The notes beneath the pieces were generated by a model that was not told where the DNA came from, did no database searches, and saw only the letters and a program-made list of their open reading frames with translations. A DNA stretch of 60,000 bases, taken from contig NC_058368.1 in NCBI RefSeq assembly GCF_018350175.1, positions 90,336,001 through 90,396,000 of the forward strand, written 5' to 3'. The DNA comes from Felis catus (taxonomy: Eukaryota). Positions 59,646 through 60,000 of this stretch are shown piece by piece; the first letter of the stretch is position 1, and the number at the start of each line of letters is the position of its first letter. Both the position numbers and the translations under genes were made by a program.

Positions 59646-60000
59646 TAAGTGAAAAAAAAGTATTTCATCTTATTTTATGGTCCTTAGATTATCAGTGAAG
59701 TAGCATATTTTATGTTTACTGGTAGTTTGCATTACATATCTTCAATTTCTTATTCATGTTTATTAACCATTTTGTGTGGGGCCTGGGGCTGAGTTAGTCT
59801 TTGATGTGTGGAGTTCCAAGTGCTAGAAGGACAGTCAGACCAGAACTGTTAGTTCCTGAGACTGTTAGTTTGCAAATCAATTATTCCAGAAAAAGTGGTC
59901 AGTCATTAGAATTTCTGCATGGTACATTTGGGCCTTATAAAGTACAGCTTTCTTCTCCCTGAGGTACATCACTAATGGATCTGTTTCTCCGCATCCTATC

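Noticed and set aside
1..60000. CRISPR-like arrays, prokaryotic, viral or synthetic inserts, U12-type introns, intronic snoRNA or miRNA
   Set aside because: No regularly spaced repeat-spacer array, foreign coding block, AT-AC or GTATCC donor, or recognisable snoRNA/miRNA was seen by eye; an Rfam/Infernal scan would be needed to exclude small RNAs

Overview
Mammalian genomic DNA, almost certainly a felid: it is dense in carnivore tRNA-derived Can-SINEs, including young SINEC_Fc-type copies, and carries felid-type L1 3' ends. The window holds the complete TBC1D9B gene on the + strand: CpG-island promoter at ~1.7-2.5 kb, 22 coding exons at 2008-47762, all GT-AG and phase-consistent, giving a reconstructed CDS of 3774 nt (1257 aa) with two GRAM domains, a TBC Rab-GAP domain and an EF-hand. 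About 4.2 kb after its stop codon come the CpG-island promoter and first two coding exons of MRNIP (C5orf45), on the same strand. The rest is intron or intergenic sequence filled with SINEs, L1/HAL1/L2/MIR remnants, MaLR/ERV LTRs and ancient DNA transposons. I see no convincing previously undescribed biological system. The best second-look items are a tailless retroposed 5' half of tRNA-Gly(TCC) with target-site duplication, a possible in-frame TBC1D9B-MRNIP read-through junction, a 51-nt cassette exon with RBFOX/PTB-type motifs, tandem polyA sites and nested retroelement insertions. Repeat subfamily names and boundaries come from pattern recall and are approximate.
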